From positions 4,650,001 to 4,714,000 of the forward strand of contig JAYWIR010000008.1 in NCBI GenBank assembly GCA_036172245.1: DNA of 64,000 nt. The letters are read 5' to 3'. Below, piece by piece: positions 37,401 through 51,201 of this stretch. The translations under genes were made by a program, and so were the position numbers. This DNA is from Raillietiella orientalis. Taxonomy: Eukaryota. Under the pieces are notes generated by a model that worked only from the letters and a program-made list of their open reading frames with translations, searched no databases and was not told the origin of the DNA. Within the stretch, counting starts at the first letter, position 1. Each line of letters opens with the position of its first letter.

Positions 37401-39189
37401 GCCGATTAGCATTTTTTTTGCATAGCAAAACAAGCAGCTCCGAAGAGACGGACGCTCTGCCGAAAAAAACAAGCCCATAAACCAGGGAAAAGCTACGACG
37501 CTTTCGCTCCTTCTGTGGCATGCATCCGTCACGATTTCTGCGGCCACCTGCCACATCTTGGTCCGGGGAACCCTCGTCTCTTGTACGTGTGGCCGCCGGC
37601 TTTCCGCGCCTCCCTTTTGCCTCTCTTGTCGATGGCATGGTGTACGTGATTGAAAGCTGCGCAGGTGGACCGCAAGAGCAGACCCAACCACCGTGGGTTA
37701 TAAAGCACCGCTCCCCCCCTCCCCCTCCACACACACACACCAAACGTAGGTTGTCCGCTGTTGGGGGGGAGTTCTTTGCTCGGCCATCCAGGAAGGCCGC
37801 CTTCCAGGGGGGTACCCGTCGAATTCTTGCGTTCCGAACAGGCGTCTGAGAAGTACAGATCTTGTAAAAAGGGGGGAACGAAAAAAAGCAAAAACAAAAG
37901 CAGCAGCAGTCTAAATATGGGAGGTCCTTTGGCATTTGAGAGGATTTTTTTCCCCAGGCTGCTGGAGCGAGCTCGACCGTTTCCTCGCCCGTCAGGGAAC
38001 ATTTTCTATTTTCCCCTCTCACCTGTGTGACTCACCTTTGATGCAGTAATTGATAACGATGAACCTCATCCACCGGGCCGTTTTTATTTTATTTCCAAGG
38101 TATTAAATCTGAATGCGAAATCGAGAAGATAATTTGGAAAAATCCTTTCATGAAATGAATGCGTGATGGAAGCTTGCAAAGAAGGTAATTCATCATTTAT
38201 CTTTTTCCTCTCGTTCTGGGGTATACACCTTATTGCACGAGAGCGCCGCTTGACGAGATCGAGTGGGGCCCAGCCTCCCACGCGAAATCCTCACACATAC
38301 GTACAGACTTGCGGTCCAGAACCCACAGCGGAACTAGCACGGATGCTTTTCCTTGAATTCTGATCTTCGCCTCCACGCGTGGTGGGTGGCGCGGCCATTG
38401 CCGACCCTCGCGGGATGCTGGCATCAGAGATCTCGGAACACTTCGGATCGCATCCAACAAGTGTTAACCACGGGATGAAGAACAAAAAGCGAAGCATGCA
38501 CGCACACGATCTGCGTACATGGCGCTTCCGTTTCCGTTCTCCATCGTGCGCCACCAAGCAGCCTGGTGAGGAAAGCGGGGATGCTGGAACGGAGGATGCT
38601 TTTGGAGGCTGCAGCAAAAGATCCAACAAGATAGTCGCGAAGCAGAAGTTCGTGTTTGCCTGTCTCCAGGCCAAATCCAGAGAGAGAGAGGGAAAAATTC
38701 CTCCCCAGGCGAAAGCCTGCTGGGGAATTCTGAAACCCGAACACTAATGGTACTTGATATGTACCACTGGGCGTTTTCATCCTTCAAGTACGCTCCAGCG
38801 TCTGCGAGATTAAATGGTGGGAAAAAAAGTTTTTTTTTTTTTTTTTTTTCTGCTTGATAAGGGGGGAAGAGGAGAGTGGCTGTATTTTTTTTTTGTCCTT
38901 TGGTCTTCTCCCAATATTGTTCGTGCAATTTAAATTGTCCAATCAGGATTGAGTCGTAAATAAATAATAACGCAAATGATTGGAAACTCAGCCAAAAGGA
39001 ACACTATAAAATGCTGACCAGCCGATTCTCCATCATGTGCGGCTACTTTTTCCGAGCCTTACTCTGGTGGTTTAGGAAACCATGCAGAGATACGGTTCCA
39101 CAATGTGATGCGGAATTTCCCCAGATGAAATTTCCTTGAGCTCGAGCCTCCTCACCAGTTCTTGCGGTTCTTCCTCGTCGGTTCTTCAG

Positions 39190-39284
39190 ACCAGCTCCAG
39201 CTCCGAAATGAGCGTGAATTCTTGCGAAGAAAAGCTGAGGCATCTGCTCAAGAACAACAACTTCCTCGAGTGCTGGTCAAAGCC
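39190..39284 (+). other. Candidate orphan exon
   Basis: Pyrimidine tract plus TTCAG| and a canonical |GTAAGT donor, open in two frames. A further acceptor CCTGCAG| at 39628. Confidence 0.35.
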
Positions 39285-40657
39285 GTAAGTAGCCTCGCGG
39301 TGGCGACGATCTTGCCCCGTCCCAAGTTATTCTTTTCCGAGGACCAAAGGAGAGTTTCCGGTGATTTTAACCGCACAGATGCGGACCCTCGTCGCGTCAT
39401 CCGCTCGCATTGTCTGGGCGTGCGTGCCGCGAACGATTCGGTTTTGTAGGGGGTACGGGAGAGCGAAAGAGAGGTGGGATGAGGAAGCCAATCCCACCTC
39501 CGTGTGAACATTCCGTAGCTGACCGGGGAGAGGTTTTTTTTTTTTTTGTTTGTTTTTCCTTCTTTCGAGAAAGCTTTCTACCCTTTCTCCTCCCTCCTTC
39601 CAAATCCTTCCACTCAACCTTCCTGCAGAACGGATGCAGTCCCACGTGTAATTCGAGCAAACACGGCCTGGCGTCCAGTGTTCGCGCTGGCAGCTGCTAC
39701 ATGCTTACTCAAGAGACCCTGGACTAGTGGGATGCACCGAATGGCAAGAGAGGTTCTTCAGGCTGAGGATTTCGTCTTTTGCTCCCCTCCTTTCCCTCCT
39801 GATCATTGCGCTTGATTCGGTCCGGTTCTCCCTTCTCGCTGGAAGTTGGTCGGCAGGGACTGACGAATTCACGCGTGCGCACTTCGCGACCCAGTGCGTG
39901 GCACGTAATCGCCAGGGCGGTCGAGGTAGGTGCAAGGAGCGAGAAGCAAACGGGGGTACCCGCCCTCACCCCTATCCCTCGTTATGCGTAATCCCTGATC
40001 TTCTTTGTTTGCCTGCGAAACCACGATCGGAGGGAGGGAAGGACAGCGCATCAGCGTTTCTTTCTTTGCTCCATATGGGTGCTTTCCCGAAAACCAAACC
40101 TCCCAGAAACCACCCTGCCGTGGTCTTTTCCCTCGGGGCGAGCACCCGAAGGATGTCTGGTGCACCGCCGATCGGGCTGGCCGACCGGTGTATGATGACG
40201 ACGGCGGTGCGTGCCTTGCACGCTGCAGCGCCCGCAGAAGCGAGGATAATTGCGTGGGCCGCCACACGAGGCAACGACAGTGGTTGCCGTGATTGCTAGG
40301 AAGGGTTCGCATCCCGTGCAACGCACGCACCGTGAGCCGCAACTCCCTCGGATGCGGCCCAAACGCGCATCCTACGGATGTCCCGCGAGCCGCCCGCCCG
40401 CTTGGGATAACCGGGAGGATGTCGAGGGTCACTGGCTGCTCTCGAGATTCAGCCAAGGACGCCGCCCTGCCGCAACACCCTTCGCAAGCCCGGTGCTGCT
40501 CTCAGGAACCAGTCTCCCGGGTTTCCGCGTTCCCGGTCCAGGAAGGACTCTTTGGTAACGTTGCCGCTCGGCTCTCGCGTGTCGCGCTTTCCCCCTTTCC
40601 CTCCCGCCCTCGCGTCCTCGAAGAGTGGTCGCGTGAAGAGTAAAGCACGTCTTTTCC

Positions 40658-42513
40658 ATGGGAAGGTCCGTGTACGACCGCGCCAAGGAAGCAGCCGACT
40701 TCATCTGCTCGAAGACCTCCTACCGCCCGGAGATCGCGCTCATCTGTGGCTCGGGTTTCGGTAAGGACTGCCCTCTCACCTTCCTTGGCCCCTTCCTTCT
40801 GGCAAAGGGCCTCTTCCTGTCCAGCGGGCGTGGCGGAGATTCTGGAAAACCAGGAATCGGTCCCTTTCGTTTCCGTGCCGCACTTCCCCACGATCACCGT
40901 CGAGGGCCACGAGGGCTGCTTCAAGTTCGGCAAAGTGGGGGAAGTACCCTTGGCGTGCCTCCAAGGAAGGTTCCACTGGTACGAAGGCTACTCAATGCAG
41001 GATGTGAGTAGCGAGCTCCCCGAGGAAGGGCCCCACTTTCCACCCGCTTTCAGGTGACGCTTCCGGTGCGCGTACTGAAGCTGATGGGAGTGAAGTTGTT
41101 GATACTCACCAACAGCGCCGGCGGTCTCAACGAAAACTTCGAGATGGGGGACATCATGCTGATAAAAAACCACATCTTCCTCCCCGGGATGGCAGGGCAG
41201 CACCCTCTCGTGGGGCCGAACGACTCCAGGTACACAGTGAGCCAGCTCGACCCCCGACGTCGCGTTTCCCCCTTTTTTGGCAGGTTCGGGAAGAGGTTCC
41301 CGTCGGTCCACGACATCTACAGCGACCACCTACTGTCGTTGGCCAAGCAAGCCGCCGAGAGCTCTGACCTCGCCGTCAAAGAGGGCGTCTACGTGATGGT
41401 GTCGGGCCCGTCGTACGAGACGGTTGCAGAGCTGCACATGCTCCGGATCTGGGGAGCGGACGCCGTGGGTACGTCCAGTGCTTCCCTGAAAGGAAAAGGG
41501 GAGGGAGAAGGAAGAAGATGCTGAGTTCACTTGCCCGAAAGGGCTCTTCGTACTCGGGCGCTCGCGAGTACGAAGCCACTGCTGCTCTCCCTCGCAGCCG
41601 GCCCGCCAGCGGGTGGAGGCGAGAAGGAAGAGGAGGAGGGAAGGGCTGTGTGGGAGAGGAGGAACCGTGAGGTCACTGCGCGCCCGAGTTGTCTTCCTGG
41701 ACGCACGTCCTGGCAGCGCCCGTGCTCCACGTTCCGCAGCTACTGCCAGGGGGCCTGGCGTCCCTGCTGCTTGCCTGCACCTTCCACTCCTATTTCCCCA
41801 GCGCGCCCACCTACGGCTCGTTCCCGTGGGCTGGATTCTTCATCGACATCTCTGGCGCGTAGCGAGGTTTCATAGCGAGCGTCCACGAGACAGAGTTTCC
41901 GGCAGCGCGATTCGCCTCCGTGCCGTGGAGCCACGGTCGGAGGAAGCGGGCAAAGCAGCGGAGCACCTGCTTTCCCTGAGGCAGGCGCGCCGTCACCGTT
42001 CTTTGCCGGAAGACCCGGCCCTCGAGCGAGTGGGAGTGGATGGAACCATCCACCCATCGCCATCCCGGAGCACGAGCGCCTTCGCTTCTTCTTCGCCCCC
42101 TTCTCCCACGTCCCTGGCCGTCGCTGCGCAGTGCGGCGGCACCATCGCACCTCTCACGTTGCGCGCGAGTGGTGCTTCCATCTCGAACGCGCGATCTGTC
42201 TGCAGAGGAGCGCCTCGGTCATTGCTTGGGCTCTCCCCATCCTTCCCTCCGTCCGCCCCTCCTCTCTCATTTTAGCGTCCTTGTCTTTCCAGGGATGAGC
42301 ACTGCGCCGGAGGCGATCGTCGCCTGCCACTGCGGCATGCAGGTGCTGGCGCTCAGCGTCATCACCAACTTGTGCAACATGACGTACGAGAGCAGCAAGG
42401 TGCAGACCCACGAAGAGGTGCTACAGACTGGGGCGAAGAAGAAGCAGGACTGCGAGAAGTTGATAAAGGCGCTCGTTCCGGCCCTGTCTCGACACCTCCA
42501 GCCCGAGGCGTAG
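40658..42513 (+). CDS. PNP: Purine nucleoside phosphorylase (trimeric type), ~287 aa
   Basis: Exons 40658-40760, 40825-41003, 41054-41229, 41284-41468, 42293-42513. Motifs ICGSG, QGRFHWYEG, TNSAGGLN, GPSYET, GADAVGMST, ITN, HEEV. AATAAA at 42545. Confidence 0.97.
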
Positions 42514-42899
42514 TCTGTTCCCACCTCTGCTGCGGGCGCAGTGAAATAAAAAGTTGCACGCCCTCAGCAGGGAAGTCGCAAGCAGGTCGTCGACGCAAGC
42601 AGAGGCAGGGGGCTGGTCCACTGGCAGAGCGTGCGGAGAAGTCAACACGGGAGGGAGGTGGGGGGGAGCTGCTTGCTTGAAGAAGAGCGAGCAGGCCGCG
42701 AAGGGACACGGAGCCCCGAATTCTCCTGCACGGGCTGCTCGTCATGCAGGCGCGAGCCGTCCACGCAACGAAAGAGCGAAGGAGAGGAGGGGTGAGGGGA
42801 GACGCCGCGCATGCGCAGTGGCAACCGGCCGTCCTCGGCGAGCGCCGGGTGTGCTGGGGAGAAACGGGTGCGCGGAGCGACGCGACCCCATCCACGGTA

Positions 42900-45355
42900 G
42901 GAGCCTTCGAGTCCGCACGCGCGAGCCGCATGATCCTCGGGTAGGCAGGGGAGCGCGAAGGACCGACCTGACCGTGCCGACCTACGCACGGAAGAGCGCT
43001 TCCCCAGAGCGACGACCGCAGTCGCTGTTTCCGGCGTCGATCGAGCCCGGAAGATGGGGCCGGCGCAAGAGGGGCAGGAAGTTGCGGAAGGCAGGCTCGT
43101 GTGGGAGAGAATGCGGCGCAACTGAAGGGCAGACGGCGCGGAGACGCGAGGTCGCCGGGCAAGGGTGGAGAACTTCCAGGGTCGGCCGGCCAAGGGAGCG
43201 TGGCACGCTCCTCCTCCCCCTCCTCGCGCCTCCCAATCGCGCTCTGCGGATCGGCCCAGCCCCACTCTTGTTTTCCCTTGGGCCGAGCTTCTTCGGCCGA
43301 AAGGAAGGCGGGCGGCGCGATCGATCGCCAAAGCACAACAATCCGTCACCACAATTGTGCTGCATGCGTGCGCTCCCGTGGGGCGACCTCCTCAGGGCAC
43401 AGGGAAAGGCATCCCTCGCGGGGAAACTTTGCTCTTCGCGTGCCCACGAGGCAGGGCGCGCGCGTGCGCAAGGGAGCGTGGCGAGGAGTCGACTCGAGTG
43501 CCCCACACGAAAGGGAGCTTCCGCAGCGCTCCGCCGCCCGTCCTGCGGCGCGACGGATCGCGCGGGACCTTCAACTGCCACCTGCCGGCGCAGCCTCCAG
43601 ACAGGCAGGCGTCGGGCGCGCCCCGCGCTGCCCGCACAGAGGAAACGCTTCTCCCCGCTGGGAGAGAGCGAGAGAAGGGCCGTGACTGCACTCGCCTCGC
43701 AACCGCCCAACTCCGTCTGCCTGGAGCCCCACGGTCTGCTTCCCTTTGAGTTCTGTGATTGGGAGACGCCCCTGGGAGACCCTGCGTGACCTGCGCAACC
43801 GTGCACGTTCCACTGCCTTTCCGTGTCGCCTCCTCCCGCATACCGCCCGCAAGTCCACTGGCTTCCCCACGACCCGCATGATCAGAAGATGCGACCCGGC
43901 GGCAGCATCTCTACCGCGCAGCTGCTTTCCCTCCGCCCATCCCCTGCATCTTCCCTACGATCGAGCGTCCTCCAGAGACCAGTCGGAAGATCCACCGTGG
44001 TCGCATCCCGTCCGGCGGACTGTTCCACGAAAGCCCCATCCCACTACCGGTGTCCCTTCTTCCTTGCACCACCATCTGCTCGTCGGGCAGCGCCGCCTGC
44101 AGCAAAGTCTCTCGCATTCCTACTTCCTCGGGGCGAGCACTGAGGCTTAGGGTCTCCTGTCGCGTTGAGGAGGGAAGGGAAGAGGAGGAGAAGGAGGAGG
44201 AAGGCGGTCCCCGTCGATCACCTTCCTTCATGCGAGGTCCTGCCATCGCCGGCAGCTTTGGCGTCACGTTCCAGGAACCGACACCCCTTTCCTTCCCCGA
44301 CCTCTTCTCCCAAGCTGCACCCCAGGTTTCTTTGCCAGCTTTGTCTTCCTCTCCGGAGCAGCGTCGTCTCAGTCCGCCGTGGCGCATCCCTTCCGCGCCC
44401 AGTTCGCACCCCGATCGAAGGTCGTCTTGCCCTTCCTCTTCCAGAGAGAGAGAGAGAGAGAGGAGGGGGGAAAGAGAGGGCAGCTGCAAGACGGCGGTGG
44501 GACCCCATTCCGTACTTCCGGTTGCGAAGATCGTCGGCCGCTGCCGAGCTCCTCCCCGTCGAGCAGCGGAGAGACGGGCGCTGCGGAGGAGGCAGAAGGG
44601 TGCGTTGCTTGGGAAGCCTCCGATGGATCGGAGGGCGCTAAGGTCGGCGCCCGCTTCCTGCCCGCTTCCTGCACGTTTTCGGAAGACGACGGAACGCCTA
44701 GGAGGTCTGATAGTGTGCCGTCGAGCTCGCCTGCGTCCCTCGTGCTCTGCTGCTCGCCTATGGCAAAGGGGTCGTTGGCCTGCCCTACAACTCTCCGTGA
44801 GACTTTCGCGCATCTTCTCGTAGATTGCACTGCCCTTTGTTCCCTCCGGAACCGTCTTGAGACGATCCCGAACATTGGCGGAGGCACCCCCAGGGACATT
44901 TTCAGGCGCCTCTTCTCCCGTGCCGGCTTGCCCCCTGCCGCGTTTGTAGCAGTGCTGTGCTGCATTCGCAGAATCGTGGAGGCATGGTACGAGTCCAGAA
45001 GAGGCCGGAATGGCAGGGATGCCATCCACTGGACGCGCATCTTTGTGCGAAACATCTCCAGGTGGCCCCACCTGGGTGCAGCGAGGACGCAGCTTGCTAG
45101 GATCCTGAACAGGATCTAGAGGACCGATCCACGCTCCGTGTGATCCCTTCCCCGTCCTCCCCTCCCCTAGACATCGTTTCAGTTTTTGTTTCCTTTTGTT
45201 TACTTATTCCTATCCCCGCGCGTCGGATGGACCTCGCTGGTCTTGCACCGGCAACCAGCAAGCTGTTGTGATGTGGTGAGCCTTTGGGTTCACCACAAGA
45301 AAATGTAATTGCATTTTTATTTTTTATAAATAAATGCCCCGGCATATCCAGGTAT
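42900..45355 (+). pseudogene. 3' remnant of an L1/Tx1-like LINE, same family as 18680-21130
   Basis: RETFAHLLVDCTAL...PRDIFRRLFSRAGLPPAAFVAVLCCI matches the 19020-19250 peptide. Shared terminus AATAAATGCCCnGGnAnATCCnGG. 5' limit uncertain. Confidence 0.7.
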
Positions 45356-45439
45356 TAACGACCCTCCGTTAGCAACTCGCCGCCCTCTTTTCAAGGGTTC
45401 CCTCATCATCCGTTTCTGTTCGTGCGTCTCCGAGGGCCG

Positions 45440-47060
45440 TCCCGTCCCCTGGCGACCCGGAGGGAATCGATGCTCATCGGCTCATTACGGGGAGAGGATT
45501 CCAAACGGTGGACAACGCCAAGTACCTGGGAGTCCACACTGGCAACGACTCAGAGCGTCGAACCTACTGTGGAAAGAAATCCGGGAAAACGGCGAAAGAG
45601 GCAGCGAAATACACTCGACTGGACTTTGGCATTAAGAGGAAGGCCTCTGGAACCTCTGGAACGGAGTGCTCCTTCCAAAGGTACTCTTCGGAGCGGCCTT
45701 CTCCAGAATGAACAAGGACACCACAAGAGAAGTAGAGAAGCTGCAGAGGAAAACCCTCTGGTATTGTTACCGACCGAGGGTCAGACTCAAACCCTTGTGT
45801 CGTCCAAAGGAAGCGGGTGCTTCCGGGATGAAGTCGCTAGCACGGATTCCGTGGAAATCATGGATACGCGACAAATTCTGCTGGATATTGCTGCTCACTA
45901 GGACGAATGGCCTTATGCAGCGCACAGGGTCCATTCGCTGTTGTTAAACTCGAAAGGTCCGATGACTGCACTGCTAGGCCGAGCAGGGGAATGGTTTACC
46001 ATGGACCCCATTTGGAGAAGAAAACAACGGCTGGTGAGAAAGCACCAACTAAAGAGCGTGCCGAGGAGCAAGGAACTCTGGCAGGAGGAATCCATCCTGG
46101 TGATCCCGTGGATGCTCCCAGTGTCTGAGGGCACCAGGAGTTGGATCTACCCAGCGGTCCAGAGTTACCTTGCAAAGAATCCAGGAATGGAGGAGAGGAG
46201 ACCACCTCCACCATTCTCGAGTACTCCGGAACGTTGAGATGGTGATAGGAAGATACACCCACAGGAAACGCGAAGTGTGGAAAAAACACAACTTTGCGTG
46301 GTCCCGGGTGTACAAACAGAACCTCCGAAGTCTGATCAAGGAAGAAGGAAAGGACACGAGTGACCTCCAAGAAGCCGCCGACCGCTACGGGAGCGACAGG
46401 ATCAACCTGTTAGCGATCGGCACGAACGCTCTGGAGGAATGACTTGCCTTCAGACACCCAGGATAACCTCCTGATGTTTTACCACGGAGGAATCCTGAGC
46501 GTGTCTAGGATGAAGCACTTCACGGGAAGACGTGACGGCGGGGACTGAAAGGCATGTGGAGACATCGATACGAGACTTCACGTCTCGACGTATCCAACAT
46601 TGCTCCGCGACTGGCTGGTCCTGAAAAGGGTCATAGGGATGACCACCACTTCAGTCATAGGAATTCGAGCAGGGATGTTCCAAGGAAATGGGAACGTTCC
46701 CTGTTACAATCCCATGGTGAGAATGACCATCGCCCTCTTCATCACCTCCATCCTTGTGAGATGGTGGAAGATGAAGACCGCCAGGACGGCCGCATCTCCG
46801 GTGGAAATCTTGAAAAGGCTTATCCAGGAGATCGGCATACGAAATTGTGGAAGAGTGCCGGCCTGTACGTACCGATACATCCTGAAGAGGATTGAGGATA
46901 ACGCCCAGGCACAGACGACGTCCAATTCCCCCTAAGAGCAGAACATCAGTGGACCCCAAAGAAGCGGACTTCACAGTGACACTTCAACATCCAATCACGA
47001 TTGGATATTGAATGAGTCAGTGTAGAGTGATTGGGTAAAAAAAAAAAGTAAATAAATTTA
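45440..47060 (+). pseudogene. 3' remnant of a second L1/Tx1-like LINE family with A-rich tail
   Basis: NAKYLGVHTG, EVEKLQRKTLW, LKPLCRPKEAGASG and a decayed knuckle region. Ends in A11-GTAAATAAA at ~47037-47057. Confidence 0.7.
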
Positions 47061-48934
47061 CCCCACCCCTTGTGGGACTTGGGGAAAATCGAAGCTTATC
47101 GGCGTACCAGCGACCCCACGCGAACCGCCACGGCCCGAGGTGGGCAGGGGCGGAAAACGAAAAAAGGAATAATAGAATAAAACGTCCGTCCGGTGCTCCT
47201 CCACGGAACTCCAGGTGCGAGTGGTCGGGAGGTGCACGTCGTGGCGCGCCACCTCCAGCTGGCGCGGGAGGTTATCTGCAGCGAGCCGGACGATCCGTTG
47301 GCGCGGGCCAATGCGTGGCGGCGGCTCCGAGAGCGAGTGGCAGGGATGCAGCAGGGTGGCAGCGGCGCAAGGAGAATGGCGACCCTTCGTTCGTTCGATC
47401 GTCCCCCTCCCCTCTCAACGCAAGGTGGAGCGTTCCGTTCTTCGATGGGTCGCGCGTCGCTCTCGTGCGCCCTGCCCGGACGCACTGCGACGGAGGCGCG
47501 TCGCCCTGGGCTCTTCCCAGCGAGGTGTGGGCGAGCTCCTGCAAGGGTCTCGCGGGTCTTCTGACTCATCCGACCAAGTGTTTCTCCCTCTTCTCCCTCT
47601 TTCTGCGGAGAGAGTGATACGGTGGCAGACGGGTCCTTGAAGAGAGAGAGAGAGAGAGAGAGGTCCTCCAGAATCTCGCTAGCTGCGAGTTGGAGCGTGG
47701 GGGGTCGCGGCAGCAAGGCGGGAGGCGCGAATACCGCCGGTCAGCTCGAAAAGAAGCGTAGCGGCGTCCACGGCGGCGTCCTCCCTCCCCCCCCTCTCTC
47801 TGCTTCCCTCATTGCGAGGGGAAGCGCACGCATCCCAGCGGCGGCCTTTCGATTCCTCGGGGGTTCGAAAATATCGGATCATGCGCGCTGGGAGGGGGGC
47901 ATCTCGCCGTGGACCCTGGACCCGAAAACGATCGTGTGTGTCGGTGCATGCTTGTGCTTCTCGTGCTTTTTGCATACGGGTGCAATTCGAGGATGCGTTT
48001 TTTCCTCCCTTCCTTCCTTCCCCCCCTTTTTTTTTTCGGTGCGTGTGCTTCCTCCTGCCTTCCCGTTGCGCTTTCCGGTGGTTTCGATTTACGGTTATCC
48101 ACGATGCATCCTCCCCGGTCGATTTCTCCGTCAGCTGACGATGCAGGAAGCGCCGAACCCGCTTCTCTCGAGTTACTGCGACTACCCGATGCTGAATTTA
48201 CCTCCCATCAAGAGTGAATTTAGTGAGCACAGGTTGTAATGGGGGATACGTTTTGACCTTAGCAAATCGTTTTTCTCTTCTTTTCCAATCCCGTGACCCG
48301 ACGGCGGCGTCCTAGCTAAAGGGAATTTTCGTAATCGCAGGGATTAGCCAGCAGCCAAGGTGAGCCAAGTCTTTGCTGATTCGAGATTTCAATCTTCGTT
48401 CCGTCATTCGCATTCAAATCACAAAAGCACGCGTCCTGTTATAAATGTACAACTCCCCGAGTGTTTTGAGTGGGTGCCAACAGTTAAGTTCCGTTCCTTT
48501 ATGAATGCCCTAGAAGTTTAGAAGAGAAGGAACTCCCAGCTGATCGCAAAGAAGGAAGGGGGGGAGGCCAAAAGAAAAAAAAAAAAAAGGAAGGAAAAAG
48601 AAGGAAGGAGGTCGCTCTCCCGAAACCTCTCCCTCTTACGAAGCTTTGCATTCCTGGTGAGTAAATTATCAGGGTTTTTTTCTTCTTCTTTTTTTTTTTT
48701 CCCACATCCCCCCCCCCCTTTTCTTCCTTTTCTTTTTTTGCTCGACGTGTGTGCAGAGTCACATGGCACATGCGTTGCTGCTCTTATCAAGGGAGTACAC
48801 GTCCACAGGAAAGTGATAACTCGTGTTTGATTAGTCTTGCGAGCAGCAGACTCCTCGTGTTACCCCCACGAGCTTCAAAGTGCTTGTTTACTGAGCGCCT
48901 ATTTTTGCAGGAAGTGCTGCTCGTTTCGGTGCAG

Positions 48935-49705
48935 ATGGCGCAAAGCACGAACACTTCGTCCAGCTCTCCCGAGGGCTCGGTTGGGGACGCCCCCAGCCTT
49001 CCGAGCCAGTTCAAACTTTTCGCCAAGTTTGGTGATCCCAAAGCAGACGGGAAGTTCATAACCCTTTCGCAGAGCGACAAGTGGCTGAAGCAAGCCGGCG
49101 TCATTGACGGCAAGAAGATCACCACGACGGACACGGGAATCCAGTTCAAGAAATTCAAGTACGAGGTCGTTTTGTATTGGTCCCCCCGGCCCCTCCCCTT
49201 CTGCACCATGTCGTTTCGCTCGCAATCGTAATGTGTGACCTTCGCTTCGCCAGAGTGCAGAGAGCATCCCGGTAACTCTTTACGGTCTCTTAGCAACAAG
49301 CCTCGCTCTCCGCCTCTCTCTCTGTCCCTCCCTCCCCCCCCTCTCGCACGCATCCCGCGTCTTCGAAGGCCATCCGGATGATGGCGCTACGTGCTTCTCG
49401 TGAGGATGTGCGCCCTTCACGCAAGTCCGCCGACCGTGCGCACGCGCGTTGGCTCCGCCGCCGTCGTGCAGACGACGCTCGGCCGGGGAGTATAGGCGAT
49501 AACGTCTTCTCGTTCCGCGTGCGGACTGCACCACCGCCCATGGAGGAAGGGGGGAACATGCAGACAGGTACTCTTCTCTCCCCTCCATGGTGTGCACTCA
49601 CAGTGAGGAAACGGTGGCTGTAGGTCGAGGGCGTGGGAGTATGTGCCATCGGAGAAATCGCGCGCGCCACTATCGCTATTTGCCCAGCTGGAGAGGAGGA
49701 GGAGA

Positions 49706-49736
<31 letters not shown>

Positions 49737-51201
49737 CGTGTTGTCCAGTTTGGGAAATGAGACAGCAGTTCCGAGCCCGGGGACCGGCGTAGTTTGAAAG
49801 GAGCAGGGGAGGAGGGGGGGGAAGGGAGAGGAAGCAATTCTGGAGAGCAGCCGCCAGTGTTTGGGCGCTTGCTCAGGCGCTTCGCCAGATTTTCGGAGAA
49901 GACGGGAAGCTCCATCGGTAGTATCGCGGGATTCCGCCGTCGCAGGAGCAGCGCGCAAGTTTCCCGGAACACCCGTCAACCCGCTTCCTCCCGGTAGCTG
50001 AGGCAAAATAACCGCTCCCGCCAGCGCCGGCGTCCATGCTCGCGTGCGTGCGTGGGCGAGTAGGGTGGCCACGGGAAGGGGGAGTAAAAGTCCGCTTCCG
50101 GGTTGGTGGAGGGCTCGTTGGCATGCCAGGAGCCTCCCGTCTCCACTCCCCCTTCCCTGTGCACGGGGAAAAGAAAAAAAGTCTCCCAAGGGGGGTTCCG
50201 GGCCAGTAGGTCGGCAGGAAGGGAGGCAAAGAGGAGAAGGCAGACTCGGAGAGAGATTTCCTCTCGTCCTCTTACATCCCTCAGGAGACCTTTGCCTCCT
50301 TGTCCTTTCGCGACCCCCACCGGCACTCGATCCGGATTCTGCTGCCCTCCACTCCTGGTCGTCAGGGTACGTCGCTTCCTCCCTCCTCTCCTCCACCGCC
50401 TTCGGAGGGGCGAACCGAGTGCGCGTTCGCGCGTCCCGAAATCCCTCCCGGAGCAGCAGGCGCGCTGGATCTCCTCCCTGTCTTCCTTCCCTTTTCCCGA
50501 AGCACAGGACAAGGTGACCGAACCATCCATTCTTTTTCTTTGCAGGTCCCAGAAGCTAGACTTCGCTGACTGGGAGAGATGCCTGGACGAGCTGGTGACA
50601 GCCAAGAAGCTGGACGTCCAGGACATCAAGAACAAGCTAACTCACTGTGGGAACCCCGGGACGCACGTGAAATCTGGGGTGAGCCTCTGGAAAGCGCAGC
50701 GGGGACGTTGTTGCCGATTTCGCAACCCACCGAGTTCTAAAAAAGAACCGTCCTATCCCATCCCTCTCCTCCTCCCTCTGCCCTTTTCCTCCTCCTCATC
50801 CTTCTTCCCTTCCATCCTTCCCTGCCAGTGGGATGGCGTCGTGCCTTGGCGTCTCGTCGCATGCGTAGGCAAGGAGATCGTGAGGAGGGATAGCGTTGCG
50901 CGGGATGCGCCGTCAGGGGAGCGCGCGCGTCCTCGTCATCGGGGCTGGGAGCAAAGGGGGAGGGGAGAGGCGGGCAGTTCCCTTTTCCTACTCTCTCCCT
51001 GGTGTCCTCTAGAGCTCCGGAGGCGGCAGCGGCGTGTACGACCGGCTGACGGACACGCATAGATATACCGGGACGCACAAGGAGCGGTTCGACGACTCCG
51101 GTCGGGGGAAAGGCCTAGAGGGGAGGCGCCAGGACTCCCCAGGAGAAGGCTACGTGCAAGGCTACCGGAACAAGGACACGTTTGACAAGGCGCACCAGTA
51201 A
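48935..51201 (+). CDS. TPPP: TPPP/p25alpha family tubulin polymerization-promoting protein, ~181 aa
   Basis: Exons 48935-49158, 50546-50678, 51013-51201. Motifs [77 protein letters not shown] at 51437. Probable 5' UTR exon ending at the GTGAGT donor at 48657. Confidence 0.96.
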
